From: Armatimonadota bacterium | GTDB lineage: Bacteria; Armatimonadota; SYMT01 | DNA: 64,000 bases | NCBI GenBank assembly: GCA_041690135.1 | Contig: JAWLHY010000001.1 | Location: forward strand, 448,001-512,000 | Direction of reading: 5' to 3' | In this document: positions 28,599 through 38,407 of the stretch, one piece after another | Layout of the letters: each line of letters begins with the position of its first letter | How positions within the stretch are numbered: the first letter of the stretch is position 1 | Notes under the pieces: model-generated | What the model was told of the DNA's origin: nothing | Seen by the model: the letters and a program-made list of their open reading frames with translations, nothing else | The model's database searches: none | Program-made: the position numbers and the translations under genes

Positions 28599-30427
28599 CC
28601 GGCCCCCTCTCCGGTCAGGCGGTACAGGTATGTCTCCAGCGGCAGGGAGTAGACGCAGACGTCTCCCGTAGTCGTGGAGTAGGCGACGAGCGGATCGTAC
28701 GGGCTCACGGCGACATGGGCGATTGCCGCGGAGGCACGCGGAAGCACTACATGCCGCTCTCGCCCGAGCAGCCAGAGCGTGTGCCGGTCCGCACCCAGGA
28801 CCACCAGCGCCGGGCCTGTCCAAGATGCTCCGGGAAAGACCACCCCCACGACCCGGCCGTCGCCCGGGGGCCGGAAGAGCTGTTGCCCATTCCGATCGTA
28901 TACGATCCACTCCCGCTCGCCGCTGCGCGCGGCCACCAGCCCGAACTGTGGGTCGGCATCCACACCGCCCCAACCGAAGTAGACTTGCGGGGGGACATCG
29001 CAGCCACCGGGAAGCAGCGGGGTCTCCAGCTTGACGGTCCGTTGCGTGCCGCCGGTGGGGTAGGTGGTGAGGGAATAGCCCCAGGCCATCCGGACCGCGG
29101 CGATGACCTGGCCCGAGGGTCCCGCTCCGGCCGCGATTACTCCTGGCAATTGCCGCACCGCCAGGTGCCCGGTACCCTGCCGTAACGAGCGGGCACTGGA
29201 CAGCAGGTACAGCACTCCGCCGAACAGCAGATGCATACAAACCGCCGCACCATCCGCTCCCGGGCTGAACCAGAGCGGCAGGAGGTCCTGTTGAAGTCCG
29301 CTCGTCCTGGTGGAGTTGATGCCTTCCAGGTAGTAAGTTCCCTCCGGCACGTAGCCCGCGCGGCCGGTCAGGATCTCGATCCGGAACTCACCGGCCTTCT
29401 CTCCCAGCGTCAGGACCACGTTATTCTTGCGGACTCGCCCCGCCGCCAGGATCGACCGCTGCGAATTCGGCCGTCGCAGCTTCGGCTTACCTGCTTCACT
29501 ACGCGGGCTGTTCGGAATGGAGTAGGTGACCAGCGTGTTGTCCGCGGCCCGCGCAAACAATTTGGTGCTGTTAGGCCCCCAAACCAGGGACGAGGTCGGC
29601 GCGTAACAGTTCGCGACCTGCGCCACCGGCGCCACGGCGGATCCGAAGGGGTCACGCAGGAGCCGAACGCAGGCCGCGGCCGGGGGCAGCTCCAGTTGGA
29701 TCCGCCGGTCTCCCCGATCCGGCCGACGGATGGTGACTTCCAGGTGGTGGGTTTCGGGTTCGTAAGGGTCCTCCACCTGGAGGGCGGAAGCGGACGTTTC
29801 CGCCGCGAGACAAGTCGCCGGCCGGCCGCCGACGAGCCAGAAGTCATCGGCTGGTCCCGCCTCCGTGCCCAGTTCCGCCCGCCACGCTTCCAGGTGTGCT
29901 GTTGTGGATGGGAGGGCGGTGCGGGCGCCCAGCAACTGGAGCACCCCGTCCCGGTCCGGTATCGCACGCAGCCGGCACTCCGGATCCTGAAGGAGACCCC
30001 ACCGGAACTTTGTACCGTGGACCTCCGCGCGCCGTGCCAGGACTACCAGGGAGGCCAGGTGCGCGAGCCGAGGAGTACCCACCTGGTCCGGCCCGGCATC
30101 AAACAGCGCCACGGAAACACGTGCCCCTCCCGGCTCCCGGCGGGCGAGTTCCAGGAAGCCATGTTCTCCCATCGCGGCACGGCGGGCGAACTCCTCGGGG
30201 AGTTCCTCGGCCAGGAGCCACTCGGATAACAGGAGACGCTCGTAAGGTCCCCGCCGCGTCAGGCCGGCAAACCCCTCGGGATCGCCGCTGCCCGGATGGT
30301 AGAGCGCCTGCATGGGGCCGATCGCCAGGTCCAGGCGTTGCACCAGGGGTCCCAGTAGCAGGGCGAGATCCCGGGGGAAGAGCGAAAGGCTCTCGGCCCA
30401 TGGCGCCAGTCCGCGCGGAAGTTCCAC
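28595..30427 (-). CDS. vWA-like plus beta-propeller component of MoxR ternary system
   Basis: GTG 30427 overlaps upstream TAG; GLTRRGPYERLLLSEWLLA, VALFDAGPDQVGTPRLAHLA (degenerate MIDAS). Confidence 0.8.
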   Translation of the reverse strand: MELPRGLAPWAESLSLFPRDLALLLGPLVQRLDLAIGPMQALYHPGSGDPEGFAGLTRRGPYERLLLSEWLLAEELPEEFARRAAMGEHGFLELARREPGGARVSVALFDAGPDQVGTPRLAHLASLVVLARRAEVHGTKFRWGLLQDPECRLRAIPDRDGVLQLLGARTALPSTTAHLEAWRAELGTEAGPADDFWLVGGRPATCLAAETSASALQVEDPYEPETHHLEVTIRRPDRGDRRIQLELPPAAACVRLLRDPFGSAVAPVAQVANCYAPTSSLVWGPNSTKLFARAADNTLVTYSIPNSPRSEAGKPKLRRPNSQRSILAAGRVRKNNVVLTLGEKAGEFRIEILTGRAGYVPEGTYYLEGINSTRTSGLQQDLLPLWFSPGADGAAVCMHLLFGGVLYLLSSARSLRQGTGHLAVRQLPGVIAAGAGPSGQVIAAVRMAWGYSLTTYPTGGTQRTVKLETPLLPGGCDVPPQVYFGWGGVDADPQFGLVAARSGEREWIVYDRNGQQLFRPPGDGRVVGVVFPGASWTGPALVVLGADRHTLWLLGRERHVVLPRASAAIAHVAVSPYDPLVAYSTTTGDVCVYSLPLETYLYRLTGEGAG

Positions 30428-30849
30428 TACCTGCTCTCCCGTAGCCACCCCGCCAGCATCTGACGGTCGACCGTTTGCGCGCAGCCCACCGGGATCACGA
30501 GAGAATGCTCCGGCACCAACACAAAGGGAGGCGCCGCGAGCGGAAAACGGCGCCGCAAAGCGCGCTCCAGCAGAGGAACCGGCACGCTGGGAGCCAGCCG
30601 GGTGGGCATCAGTAGACCGGTAGTCCCGTCCTCCCGCCCCAGGTAGACGACCCCGTCGGCCCAGGGAAGCTCTTCCTCCGGTCCCGATAACACGAGGACA
30701 CCGGCGGCAGCGCATCCGCTGAGCTTCGCGAGCCGTTCATCCGGTCGATCCAGTGACCGCCGCGCCAGGGCTGTCGCGGCAGCACCGATACCGAGCACAG
30801 CTACCGGTGGCAGGGGTTCCGCGCGTGGAACCCAGCCAATCCCGTTCAT
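30427..30849 (-). CDS. bpX5-domain protein
   Basis: WVPRAEPLPP...LPWADGVVYLG...LLMPTRLAPSVP. Confidence 0.78.
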   Translation of the reverse strand: MNGIGWVPRAEPLPPVAVLGIGAAATALARRSLDRPDERLAKLSGCAAAGVLVLSGPEEELPWADGVVYLGREDGTTGLLMPTRLAPSVPVPLLERALRRRFPLAAPPFVLVPEHSLVIPVGCAQTVDRQMLAGWLRESR

Positions 30850-31322
30850 GGTACCGGAGGTAGCTTCGCCCGCAGTTTCGCGCATGCTTTGAGTACCTCG
30901 TCCCGGTGGCCGGCCGCCTTCAACCAACCCGGCAGCCGATTAGCGAGACTGTTATTCGACCAGCCGCTCTCTGGACGGCGGCGGTGCTCGCGCAGCGTTG
31001 CCCCTACGAACCGCTCGATAAAATACAGATGTCTTTCATTATAGGCCCAGAGGAGCTCGCCGCAGCAGGTCGTCGAGAGCCAGAGAGGTTGGTAGAAATA
31101 GGGGTCCTGACCCTCGGGCGATCCCACCCCAGATTGCCTCCAGTCGCGGATACAGCCACAAGAGGAGCAGATAAGGCGACGGGCAGTGAAAATGGAAAAC
31201 GGCTCTTCGCCAGTGGGTAAAACACGTGCGCAACGGCGACATGTCGGACATTCCACCAGCACTTCTTCCAGGAACTCGTAGATGCGCAGGTCGGGATCCT
31301 GGAACCGGCTCGGCTCGGGCAT
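30846..31322 (-). CDS. Zn-ribbon-containing hypothetical protein
   Basis: VLVECPTC...CSSC...DPYFYQPLWL...CCGELLWAYNERHL...LPGW; GGAGG RBS. Confidence 0.82.
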   Translation of the reverse strand: MPEPSRFQDPDLRIYEFLEEVLVECPTCRRCARVLPTGEEPFSIFTARRLICSSCGCIRDWRQSGVGSPEGQDPYFYQPLWLSTTCCGELLWAYNERHLYFIERFVGATLREHRRRPESGWSNNSLANRLPGWLKAAGHRDEVLKACAKLRAKLPPVP

Positions 31323-31337
31323 ATCTGTTCGCACCTC

Positions 31338-32489
31338 CTAGCCGGCCGGCTGCGGAGGCGAGAACAATGCCGCGATCTCCGCCCGCACGCCAGCCAGATC
31401 GGCCGGGAGTTCTTCGGGGCTGAAACCGGCGTCGATCTCTCGAACGATCCCTTCCAGTCGCAGCAGCCACGCCTGCCGTTCTCCGTTCGCATCGGCGGGC
31501 GGTTGGGCCAGGATCTCTTGCCCAGCCGTGATCAGACGTTGCGCTCGAACCAGGGGGCCCAGGGAGGCATCCTCCGCCGCGGCGGTAAGGGCACGGCTGG
31601 AAGTGGTGGCGAGAAACTCCCGCAGGGCTTCGCGCGCCAGTGCCTGCTCCTCGCGGGTCGGCACTGCCAGGACAATCGGCCAGAGGTCGGTCGCGGTCGG
31701 CGACGCTCGACCGTCGAGCACGGCGGCCGCGGCGATCAGGCGCTGGACCTTGACGGCACGTCGGTCGGTGAAGAAGACGCCGGCGCCGCGCAGAATCCGG
31801 ATCGCCTGCGCGAGAAGTGGGCGCACCGGGGCAAGGTCGGCCTCGCGTACGGCCTGTGCCAGCACATCCAGATCCGCCAGGGAGGCGGAGGGCGAGGCAA
31901 CCTCTTCCGCCCCCAGCGACCAGCCGCCCCGGAGCAGGTCCTCCAGATGTGGATCGGGGATTGGGTCCAGGAAGACACGCACGAGGAAGCGGTCGGCGAA
32001 TGCCGCGAGCGACTCGTCCACCGGCAGCGCGTTTGAGGCGCCGACGCAGAGGCGCAACGGACAGGCGACCTGGGTGTGGCCCCGCCGGAACTGCCGCTCG
32101 TTCAGGATGCCGAGGAGGGTGTTCAGGATCGCCGTGGAACCCAGGAAGATCTCGTCCAGAAACGCGATCTCCGCCTCCGGAAGCATGCCGGAGGTTTCGG
32201 TCTCCACCACGCCCTCCCGCAGCTTGCGGAGATCGACCGGGCCGAAGATCTCGCTCGGCTCGGTGAACCGGCCCAGAAGGTACTCGAAGTAGCGCCCGCC
32301 CGTCGCCCGCGCGACCCGCCGGACGGCCTCGCTTTTCGCGGTGCCCGGCGGCCCGATCACCAGCAGGTGCTCGCCCGCCACCGCGGCGAGGGCAACGGTC
32401 TGCACCAGGGCTTCCCGCTCGATCAGTCCTCGGGAAGCGCCGTTAACGGCCGTGCGTAAGCGTTCGGAGACGGAGAATAGGTCTGGCAT
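31338..32489 (-). CDS. MoxR/RavA-type AAA+ ATPase
   Basis: GPPGTAKS, YLLGRFTEPSEIFGP, FLDEIF, ASN, AFADRF. Confidence 0.95.
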   Translation of the reverse strand: MPDLFSVSERLRTAVNGASRGLIEREALVQTVALAAVAGEHLLVIGPPGTAKSEAVRRVARATGGRYFEYLLGRFTEPSEIFGPVDLRKLREGVVETETSGMLPEAEIAFLDEIFLGSTAILNTLLGILNERQFRRGHTQVACPLRLCVGASNALPVDESLAAFADRFLVRVFLDPIPDPHLEDLLRGGWSLGAEEVASPSASLADLDVLAQAVREADLAPVRPLLAQAIRILRGAGVFFTDRRAVKVQRLIAAAAVLDGRASPTATDLWPIVLAVPTREEQALAREALREFLATTSSRALTAAAEDASLGPLVRAQRLITAGQEILAQPPADANGERQAWLLRLEGIVREIDAGFSPEELPADLAGVRAEIAALFSPPQPAG

Positions 32490-32703
32490 GCGGATTAACT
32501 AGCGTTGACGGCTACCCCCAGGGCGTCGGGCAACTCCAGATCACCGTTGAAGCCTGCGTCGATGGTGGCTCGCCAGGATTTCCCATCAACAGGCACGTCA
32601 CGGTAGTTGCCATGCTAACATCTCCTGACTGGAATTATTCCACCCGGATACAAAACTTGCAACCAGGCTACGGTCGAGTACGGGGGAAGGTGGACGGACC
32701 AAA

Positions 32704-33309
32704 GTGCGCACAGCTCTGATTTCGGATATCCACGGCAGCTTGCGCCGGCTCCAACGGGTGTTGGCGGACATCGCGGACCAGGGCTGCGACCGCATCCTCT
32801 GCCTGGGGGACCTGGTGGATGGGGAAGAACAGGGCGTGGAAGCCGTGCGCCTTCTGCGGGACGCGGGCATTCCGATGGTGCGCGGCAACCACGACGAAAC
32901 CGCGCTCTACGACCCGAATCTTCCGGAGGACGTACGGGAGTTCCTGCGCGGCCTCCCGGAAGACCGGATCGAGGGCAACGCGATCTACACGCACTCCTCG
33001 CCCCGCGGCAAGCGCCGGAAGGTGCGGGATGAGATCGAAGCCTGGAACGTCTTCGAAGAGACGGAATGGCGACGCATCTTCGTCGGGGACGTTCACGTTC
33101 CGTTCCTGTTCGGGAGCCGGAGCGAACACCGCTTCACCCCGACGGTCTACCCGGTGGTCTACGGCGTGGAGTTTCCATTCGACGCAGACGACCGATACCT
33201 CGTTTGCCCGGGAGCGGTCGGATACAGCCGCGACGCGGATCCCCGTCCGCGGTACGCGATCTATGACGCAGTCAGGGACACCATTCGCTTTCGCGTGTTT
33301 GAGGGATAG
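32704..33309 (+). CDS. Calcineurin-like metallophosphoesterase
   Basis: SDIHG, LGDLVD, RGNHD, THSSP, GDVH, PGAVG. Confidence 0.92.
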   Translation: MRTALISDIHGSLRRLQRVLADIADQGCDRILCLGDLVDGEEQGVEAVRLLRDAGIPMVRGNHDETALYDPNLPEDVREFLRGLPEDRIEGNAIYTHSSPRGKRRKVRDEIEAWNVFEETEWRRIFVGDVHVPFLFGSRSEHRFTPTVYPVVYGVEFPFDADDRYLVCPGAVGYSRDADPRPRYAIYDAVRDTIRFRVFEG

Positions 33310-33321
33310 CGCGTCCCCGGC

Positions 33322-35331
33322 TCAGGAGCCCGGGAATCCCTGCGGTCCGCCCGGACCACCACCGGGGCCGCCCGGTCCGCCCGGAAAGCCGCCAGGCCCC
33401 CCAGGACCGAACGACGGTCCGCCTGGACCTCCTGGGCCGCCGGGCCCAAAGCTCGGGCCGCCGGGACCACCCGGTCCAAACCGGGGATCGCCGGGGCCCG
33501 AGGGGCCGGTAGGCAATGTCGGCGACCCGGGGCCGCCTTCGGGACCCCTACGGGGGCCTCCCCCGGGGCCATACGGGGACCCACCCGGGCGCATGCGCGG
33601 GAAGTCCGGTCGGCCCATCTCCGGACGTGAAAACTCCGGCCGGGGCATCTCGGGTGCGCTGATTTCCGGGTGTTGGATCTCCGGCATCGGCCGCGGCTGG
33701 TAGCGGGGAATCCGCGGCGCCGTCAGACCAGCACCGGGCATCCGGGAGGGGGCGCTGCCGATCCGGCCCGCCAGCGTTCCCGCTCCGGGCGCGCCCGCGA
33801 AGGACGGGGAGATGCTCAGCGAGTCGAGAAAGCGGTTCACTCCGGCCGTGTTAAGGTCCCGTTCCTTCTCCAGCAGGCACCCAACGGCAAAGACCCGCGG
33901 CGGATCCGCCACGATGCGCACGCGACCGTGCCGGGTCTTGCCGCCTTCCACGGACGTGAACCGGAACTCTTCGCCGGGACGGCCCTGATGAGGGCGGGGC
34001 ATGGAACGGCCTCCCTGGAGGCGGCGCGCTTTCTCCAATCCCTTCCGCAGGTCACCAATTAGCTTGGTGCCGTCCGCGGAGCCGCTGCCGACCTGGGTCG
34101 CGGCCACGAAAACCTCTCCCGGACCCGCGTTGGCACCGTAACCCACGGAGTTGGCGCCGATGCGCGTTCCGGGAATCTGGCGCGGTGTGGGGTTCATGAA
34201 GGCGGCCGGAAAAGCGACACTGAACCCGAGACGCGCATCACTCACCTGAGGACCGGGCTGCGTGCTGCTGAGGCCCGATCCGAAGTGCCGTGACGTGCGC
34301 CAGATCCGGCCTCCGTACTTGAGGGCGAACAGGCCGAGCACCACCACGCCAACCACGGCGCCGGCAGTAGCCTTCAAGCCGGAATTCGTGCTGGAAGAAG
34401 AGGAACTCGAACCGGGAGGTGGCCCGGAGTGCGGCGGAAGCGGGTTGGGTCCGGGGCCTCCGTAGGATCCGGGACCCGAGGAATTGCTACCGGGCCAGTG
34501 CGAGGCCGCTCCGGTAATACCTGGGTCGGGAATACCGGAGAAGGCCGACGGCGGCCAGGCCCCCGGCGTGGGTTTAGTAGGTACCGAAAGCAATGCCGGA
34601 TCGATGGACGGAACCGCCGGTACGCTTCCGGTGGCAAAAAGACCGGCGGAGGGTGGCGGTCCGGGCGGAGCGGGTGGCGGACTGCCGGGATTCGCCCAGG
34701 GAGAAACCGCGGGCGCCGTGGGTTGGGGGGCGGACGGGGCCGGTGGGGGAGTGGCGGGAACTGCTCCGGGAAGAGCAAAGTCATCCAGCCCGGGGACGGC
34801 GGAGACCGACGGCCCGACGTTAGGCGTGGGCGCCGAAGCCGCAGGGGGCGGTGGGAAAGGCGCCGGGCCGGAGGAACCCGGAGGCGGTACGCTGCCGGGC
34901 GCACCCGGTGAGAACGAGGATCCCGTCCCGGACGGACTTGGAAACGAGGGCGAGGCGGCAGGGGGTGCGGGGACCGCAGTTGCCGGGATACTGGCGGAAA
35001 GGCGCTCGACGGCCGCGGCAGCCTGGCGATGGGAGCTATCGAGTTGAACAGCACGCCGGTAAGCGATCAGGGCCTCCGGGGCTTTCTGAACCTGCTCCAG
35101 CGCTCGGCCCAGGTTGTAGTGGAGCGAAGCCTGCTGCGGAACCAGGGCCACGGCCTTCTCCAGAGCGCCGACCCCGTCGCCCACCCGGCCCGCCTGGCAA
35201 TAGGCGATGCCCAGGCCGCCCCAGGCGTGTCCATCCTGGGGTGCCTGCTGGACTGCCTGGCGGAACAATTCGATGGCCCGCGCGGCATCTCCGGCCCGGA
35301 GCGCCTCGAGGCCCTGGTCGCGTGCACTCAT
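33322..35331 (-). CDS. TPR / Pro-rich / TM / extracytoplasmic domain / Gly-Pro-repeat protein
   Basis: Three TPRs, long Pro-rich linker, TM AVVGVVVLGLFAL, PE-x3 repeats and GPGG tail. Confidence 0.82.
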   Translation of the reverse strand: MSARDQGLEALRAGDAARAIELFRQAVQQAPQDGHAWGGLGIAYCQAGRVGDGVGALEKAVALVPQQASLHYNLGRALEQVQKAPEALIAYRRAVQLDSSHRQAAAAVERLSASIPATAVPAPPAASPSFPSPSGTGSSFSPGAPGSVPPPGSSGPAPFPPPPAASAPTPNVGPSVSAVPGLDDFALPGAVPATPPPAPSAPQPTAPAVSPWANPGSPPPAPPGPPPSAGLFATGSVPAVPSIDPALLSVPTKPTPGAWPPSAFSGIPDPGITGAASHWPGSNSSGPGSYGGPGPNPLPPHSGPPPGSSSSSSSTNSGLKATAGAVVGVVVLGLFALKYGGRIWRTSRHFGSGLSSTQPGPQVSDARLGFSVAFPAAFMNPTPRQIPGTRIGANSVGYGANAGPGEVFVAATQVGSGSADGTKLIGDLRKGLEKARRLQGGRSMPRPHQGRPGEEFRFTSVEGGKTRHGRVRIVADPPRVFAVGCLLEKERDLNTAGVNRFLDSLSISPSFAGAPGAGTLAGRIGSAPSRMPGAGLTAPRIPRYQPRPMPEIQHPEISAPEMPRPEFSRPEMGRPDFPRMRPGGSPYGPGGGPRRGPEGGPGSPTLPTGPSGPGDPRFGPGGPGGPSFGPGGPGGPGGPSFGPGGPGGFPGGPGGPGGGPGGPQGFPGS

Positions 35332-35333
35332 TA

Positions 35334-36866
35334 CTATTGACTTCCCAGTTTCCGGGTTCCGGCCTTGACGCGCTTGGTGCGGGAGAGATCTCGCGTGCCG
35401 CTAGCGACATCGTCCGCCGCGGCATCCATTTCGTCGGCGAGCGCGCTCGCGCCCATCGAACGCAGCATGCGTGTGGCGGATTTCAGGTGCTTGGTGGCGC
35501 TCTCCTGGTCTCCTCTCGCCATCGCGGCCGCGGCGTGGCGCTCTTCCCGATAGATCTCCAGGCGACGAACGGCATCCAGAACCTCATCGTCGCGGGCCTG
35601 GAGTAGAACGCGGTCCTCGGTGTAGAAGAGCCGGATCGGCGCCTGCGCCGCGAACAGGTCGCTGCCCACCGGGTTCAAGCCCTCCACCCGCACGATCCCC
35701 AGGCGGGCCTCGCCGGCTGTAAGCGCCGCGGGAGCCAGCTCCACGAGAAAGTCCAGTTCGTCGGTGGCGGAGAGATCTCCGATAGGGAACTTCCAGGTGC
35801 CCCCCTCCAGCCAGACCGCCTGGAACTCCGACAGGGTCGGGGCCACGGGGTACACGTCGTGGATTACCGTGCCCTTCAACGGCTGGACCCGCAGGGCAGC
35901 CCGGCGCCCCACGGCACGCGTCACCGCCTGAAGCTCACGGGTGAGGGCCTGTTCGACTTCCGGCGCCGTGGCTGCATAGGAGTAGTTGCCGCGCGCCAGG
36001 TCCGCGATCGGCATCAGGAATTCTTCGTCGAAATCGTCGCCCACGCCAACGACGCTGATCACCACGCCCCGATCAACCGCCAGGTCTATCAACTCGCGGC
36101 ATTCCTGCGCGTCCTCGATGACGCCATCGCTGACCAGTACCAGCCGCCGCACCAGGGGCGTATCGGAATCCGTGGAGAGACGGTCCAGAGCGTGCCGCAG
36201 GGCGCCCGCCAGCCGGGTGCCGCGCCCGAGGCCGCTCTCATCCGCTCCGCCGCCCAGGCGCGCGAGACCGGCCTTGGCGGTCTCGAGGCGCTGGCCGCGC
36301 TCCGCGACACCGGTGTCTTCGTACACCACTCCCCAATGGTCCGCAAACCCGAGGACGCTCACCCGGTCGGTTAGTTCGAGGCTCTCCAGGCTCTGCCACA
36401 CGCCGCGAAGGGCGCTGATCATCGGTGTGCTGACCAACTGCTGGAGCTCCCGCAGCGTCTGGCCCGTCCAGATCAATCCGGTGCGCCCATCCGCTTGCTG
36501 GCGGGTGATCTCACCCCGCTGTTCGGCGCGCTGCTGCCAGTAGGCCCGCTGTTCTGGGTTGAGCACGAAACGGTGCATGCTGGCACTGGCATCCAGAAGG
36601 AAGCAGAGATCCAGTTGCGGGCGCACCGCCGCGTCCGCGCGCGGTCGCACGCGGATCCGGGCGTAAACGGATTCTTCCGGCTCGATTTCCGCCGTCACGG
36701 CGGGGCAGGCGAGCGTCACCTCCAGGTCTACCGGCGCGCCGGCCGTCGCCTGGAGTTCCTGCACGGGTAGGGTCGGGGCAGGGGGCGGGGTGGGCAACTC
36801 CGGTAGGGTGCCCTCTCCCAACCTGCGAGTGGAGGACTCATTGTCGATCGGCTGTCCCGTTGACAT
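35334..36866 (-). CDS. vWA domain protein (YfbK-like)
   Basis: CFLLDASASM MIDAS, GTRL, LVSDG, VGVGDDFDEEFL, C-terminal TKRVKAGTRKL. Confidence 0.9.
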   Translation of the reverse strand: MSTGQPIDNESSTRRLGEGTLPELPTPPPAPTLPVQELQATAGAPVDLEVTLACPAVTAEIEPEESVYARIRVRPRADAAVRPQLDLCFLLDASASMHRFVLNPEQRAYWQQRAEQRGEITRQQADGRTGLIWTGQTLRELQQLVSTPMISALRGVWQSLESLELTDRVSVLGFADHWGVVYEDTGVAERGQRLETAKAGLARLGGGADESGLGRGTRLAGALRHALDRLSTDSDTPLVRRLVLVSDGVIEDAQECRELIDLAVDRGVVISVVGVGDDFDEEFLMPIADLARGNYSYAATAPEVEQALTRELQAVTRAVGRRAALRVQPLKGTVIHDVYPVAPTLSEFQAVWLEGGTWKFPIGDLSATDELDFLVELAPAALTAGEARLGIVRVEGLNPVGSDLFAAQAPIRLFYTEDRVLLQARDDEVLDAVRRLEIYREERHAAAAMARGDQESATKHLKSATRMLRSMGASALADEMDAAADDVASGTRDLSRTKRVKAGTRKLGSQ

Positions 36867-36877
36867 GGATGTAGTGA

Positions 36878-38407
36878 TTACCCTTTGCGGAAGCGGTCCT
36901 TCAGCGCGGTAAGCAGCCCGGCCGAGCGCCGAACGGCAGCCGATATCGGGATGGGTGGACGTGGGTTCCCCTCGACCATCCAGCGCAGTTCCGTGTGCGC
37001 CTCGGCTTCGCCCAACACGCTGGCATCGACGGAAATCGTCACTTCCTGGCGACCCTGCGGAGACAGGACGAACTCCTCGGGCTGGATGCCGATTGTCAGT
37101 TCCGGCGGGGCGGAAAGCATGAGCCGGGCGGCGGCAGAGCCCTGATTGTGGAAGCTGATCTTTCCGCTGCCGAAGGCGCCGGGCGGAACGGAGACACGGA
37201 GCGAAGTAGGCTGGGCTTTGACTTCCGCGACCTGGACCGACCGCCGGAGATAGACCGGAAGCTCCAGGATCGAGTTCTGAAAAGTCAAGACGACCCGGCC
37301 GGCGGCCTGGGTTCCGGGCGGCACTCGCTCGGGGTAGGCGATGACCCGCACCGTCTGGCGGTTCCGCTCGAACATCGCGTTCTTGCCGGTAACCGCTCCG
37401 GAAGTCCCGATCTCCAACCAGTCACCGTCCGCCGCAATTTCGGCGCGGAGGGTGCCGCCCCCCACGTTGTAGGCCTGGACGCTCATCTCCCGCGGCGTGG
37501 TGTCCTCTGCCATCCCGAAATCCAGGGCGGCGGGACGGACTCTTCCAACCGGAGGGGCCGCCGGGGTGATGTCTTCCGCCAACTCTACGCCACTGGGGTA
37601 GCGGCGCTCCGGATCGTAAGCGACAGACTTGAACACCGCCCGGACAAAAGAGATATCCAGCTTCCCGCTGTGCAAGATTTCGCCGTAAAGTTGGTCTTGC
37701 CTGCTGTTGATCTCATCCTGGGTGAGGCGCTTACCCACCATGAGCTCGACGAAGATCCGCCCCATCGCGAAGACGTCCATCCGCTTGCCGGCTACTTCGT
37801 CCTCTTCCGCCCGCTCCAGGTACTCCGGCGCCAGGTAGCTGTCCGAACCGTAGAGCTGATCCGTCTTCTCACCCGGCCGCCGGAACCAGTGGGCCGCGCT
37901 GAAGTCCACGATTACCGGGTCGCCCTGCTCGTTCAGGCGGACATTGGCCGGCTTCAGATCGTGGTGCACGACATTGCGACTGTGCAGGAAGGAGAGCTCG
38001 TGGCAAAGGCAGACGCACCACCGGGTAAGCGTCTCCACATCCGGCTTCTGACCGGATTTCAGCACCGCTTCCAGATCCGGACCCGGAACGAAGTCGGTAA
38101 CGAGATAGGAGTACCCTTCGTGCTCGAAGGCATCCCAGAACCGGGGGATCAGTTCATACGTGCCGATGCGACGCACGACGTCCCGTTCCGTCGCATAGAC
38201 TCGAGCCAACTCGGCCGCCTCGCTGGGCCGGCTGGGCGGGAAGTACTCCTTGACAAAGCAGACTTCCCCCTTCTCGTTCTTCGCCTGGTACGCAGCGGCG
38301 AACGCTCCCTGCCCGAGAAAGCGCTGAATCTGGTAGCGCTCTTTACCGGGAAGCCATTCTCCGGAGGCCAGCAAGTAGCGTTCGTTCGCTCGGACGCGTT
38401 TAGGCAT
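36878..38407 (-). CDS. Hanks-type Ser/Thr kinase with C-terminal Ig/BACON-like domains
   Basis: LGQGAFA, VKE, HHDLKPAN, DFS, YLAPE, DVFAMG; NVGGGTL beta-rich tail; no TM. Confidence 0.93.
   Translation of the reverse strand: MPKRVRANERYLLASGEWLPGKERYQIQRFLGQGAFAAAYQAKNEKGEVCFVKEYFPPSRPSEAAELARVYATERDVVRRIGTYELIPRFWDAFEHEGYSYLVTDFVPGPDLEAVLKSGQKPDVETLTRWCVCLCHELSFLHSRNVVHHDLKPANVRLNEQGDPVIVDFSAAHWFRRPGEKTDQLYGSDSYLAPEYLERAEEDEVAGKRMDVFAMGRIFVELMVGKRLTQDEINSRQDQLYGEILHSGKLDISFVRAVFKSVAYDPERRYPSGVELAEDITPAAPPVGRVRPAALDFGMAEDTTPREMSVQAYNVGGGTLRAEIAADGDWLEIGTSGAVTGKNAMFERNRQTVRVIAYPERVPPGTQAAGRVVLTFQNSILELPVYLRRSVQVAEVKAQPTSLRVSVPPGAFGSGKISFHNQGSAAARLMLSAPPELTIGIQPEEFVLSPQGRQEVTISVDASVLGEAEAHTELRWMVEGNPRPPIPISAAVRRSAGLLTALKDRFRKG

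Noticed and set aside
28599-29240. N-terminal extension of the 1175-aa ORF
   Set aside because: Overlaps the vWA-like gene in another frame; real start is probably ATG 28598
30428-30715. N-terminal extension of the 706-aa ORF
   Set aside because: Overlaps bpX5; coupled GTG start at 30427 is more plausible
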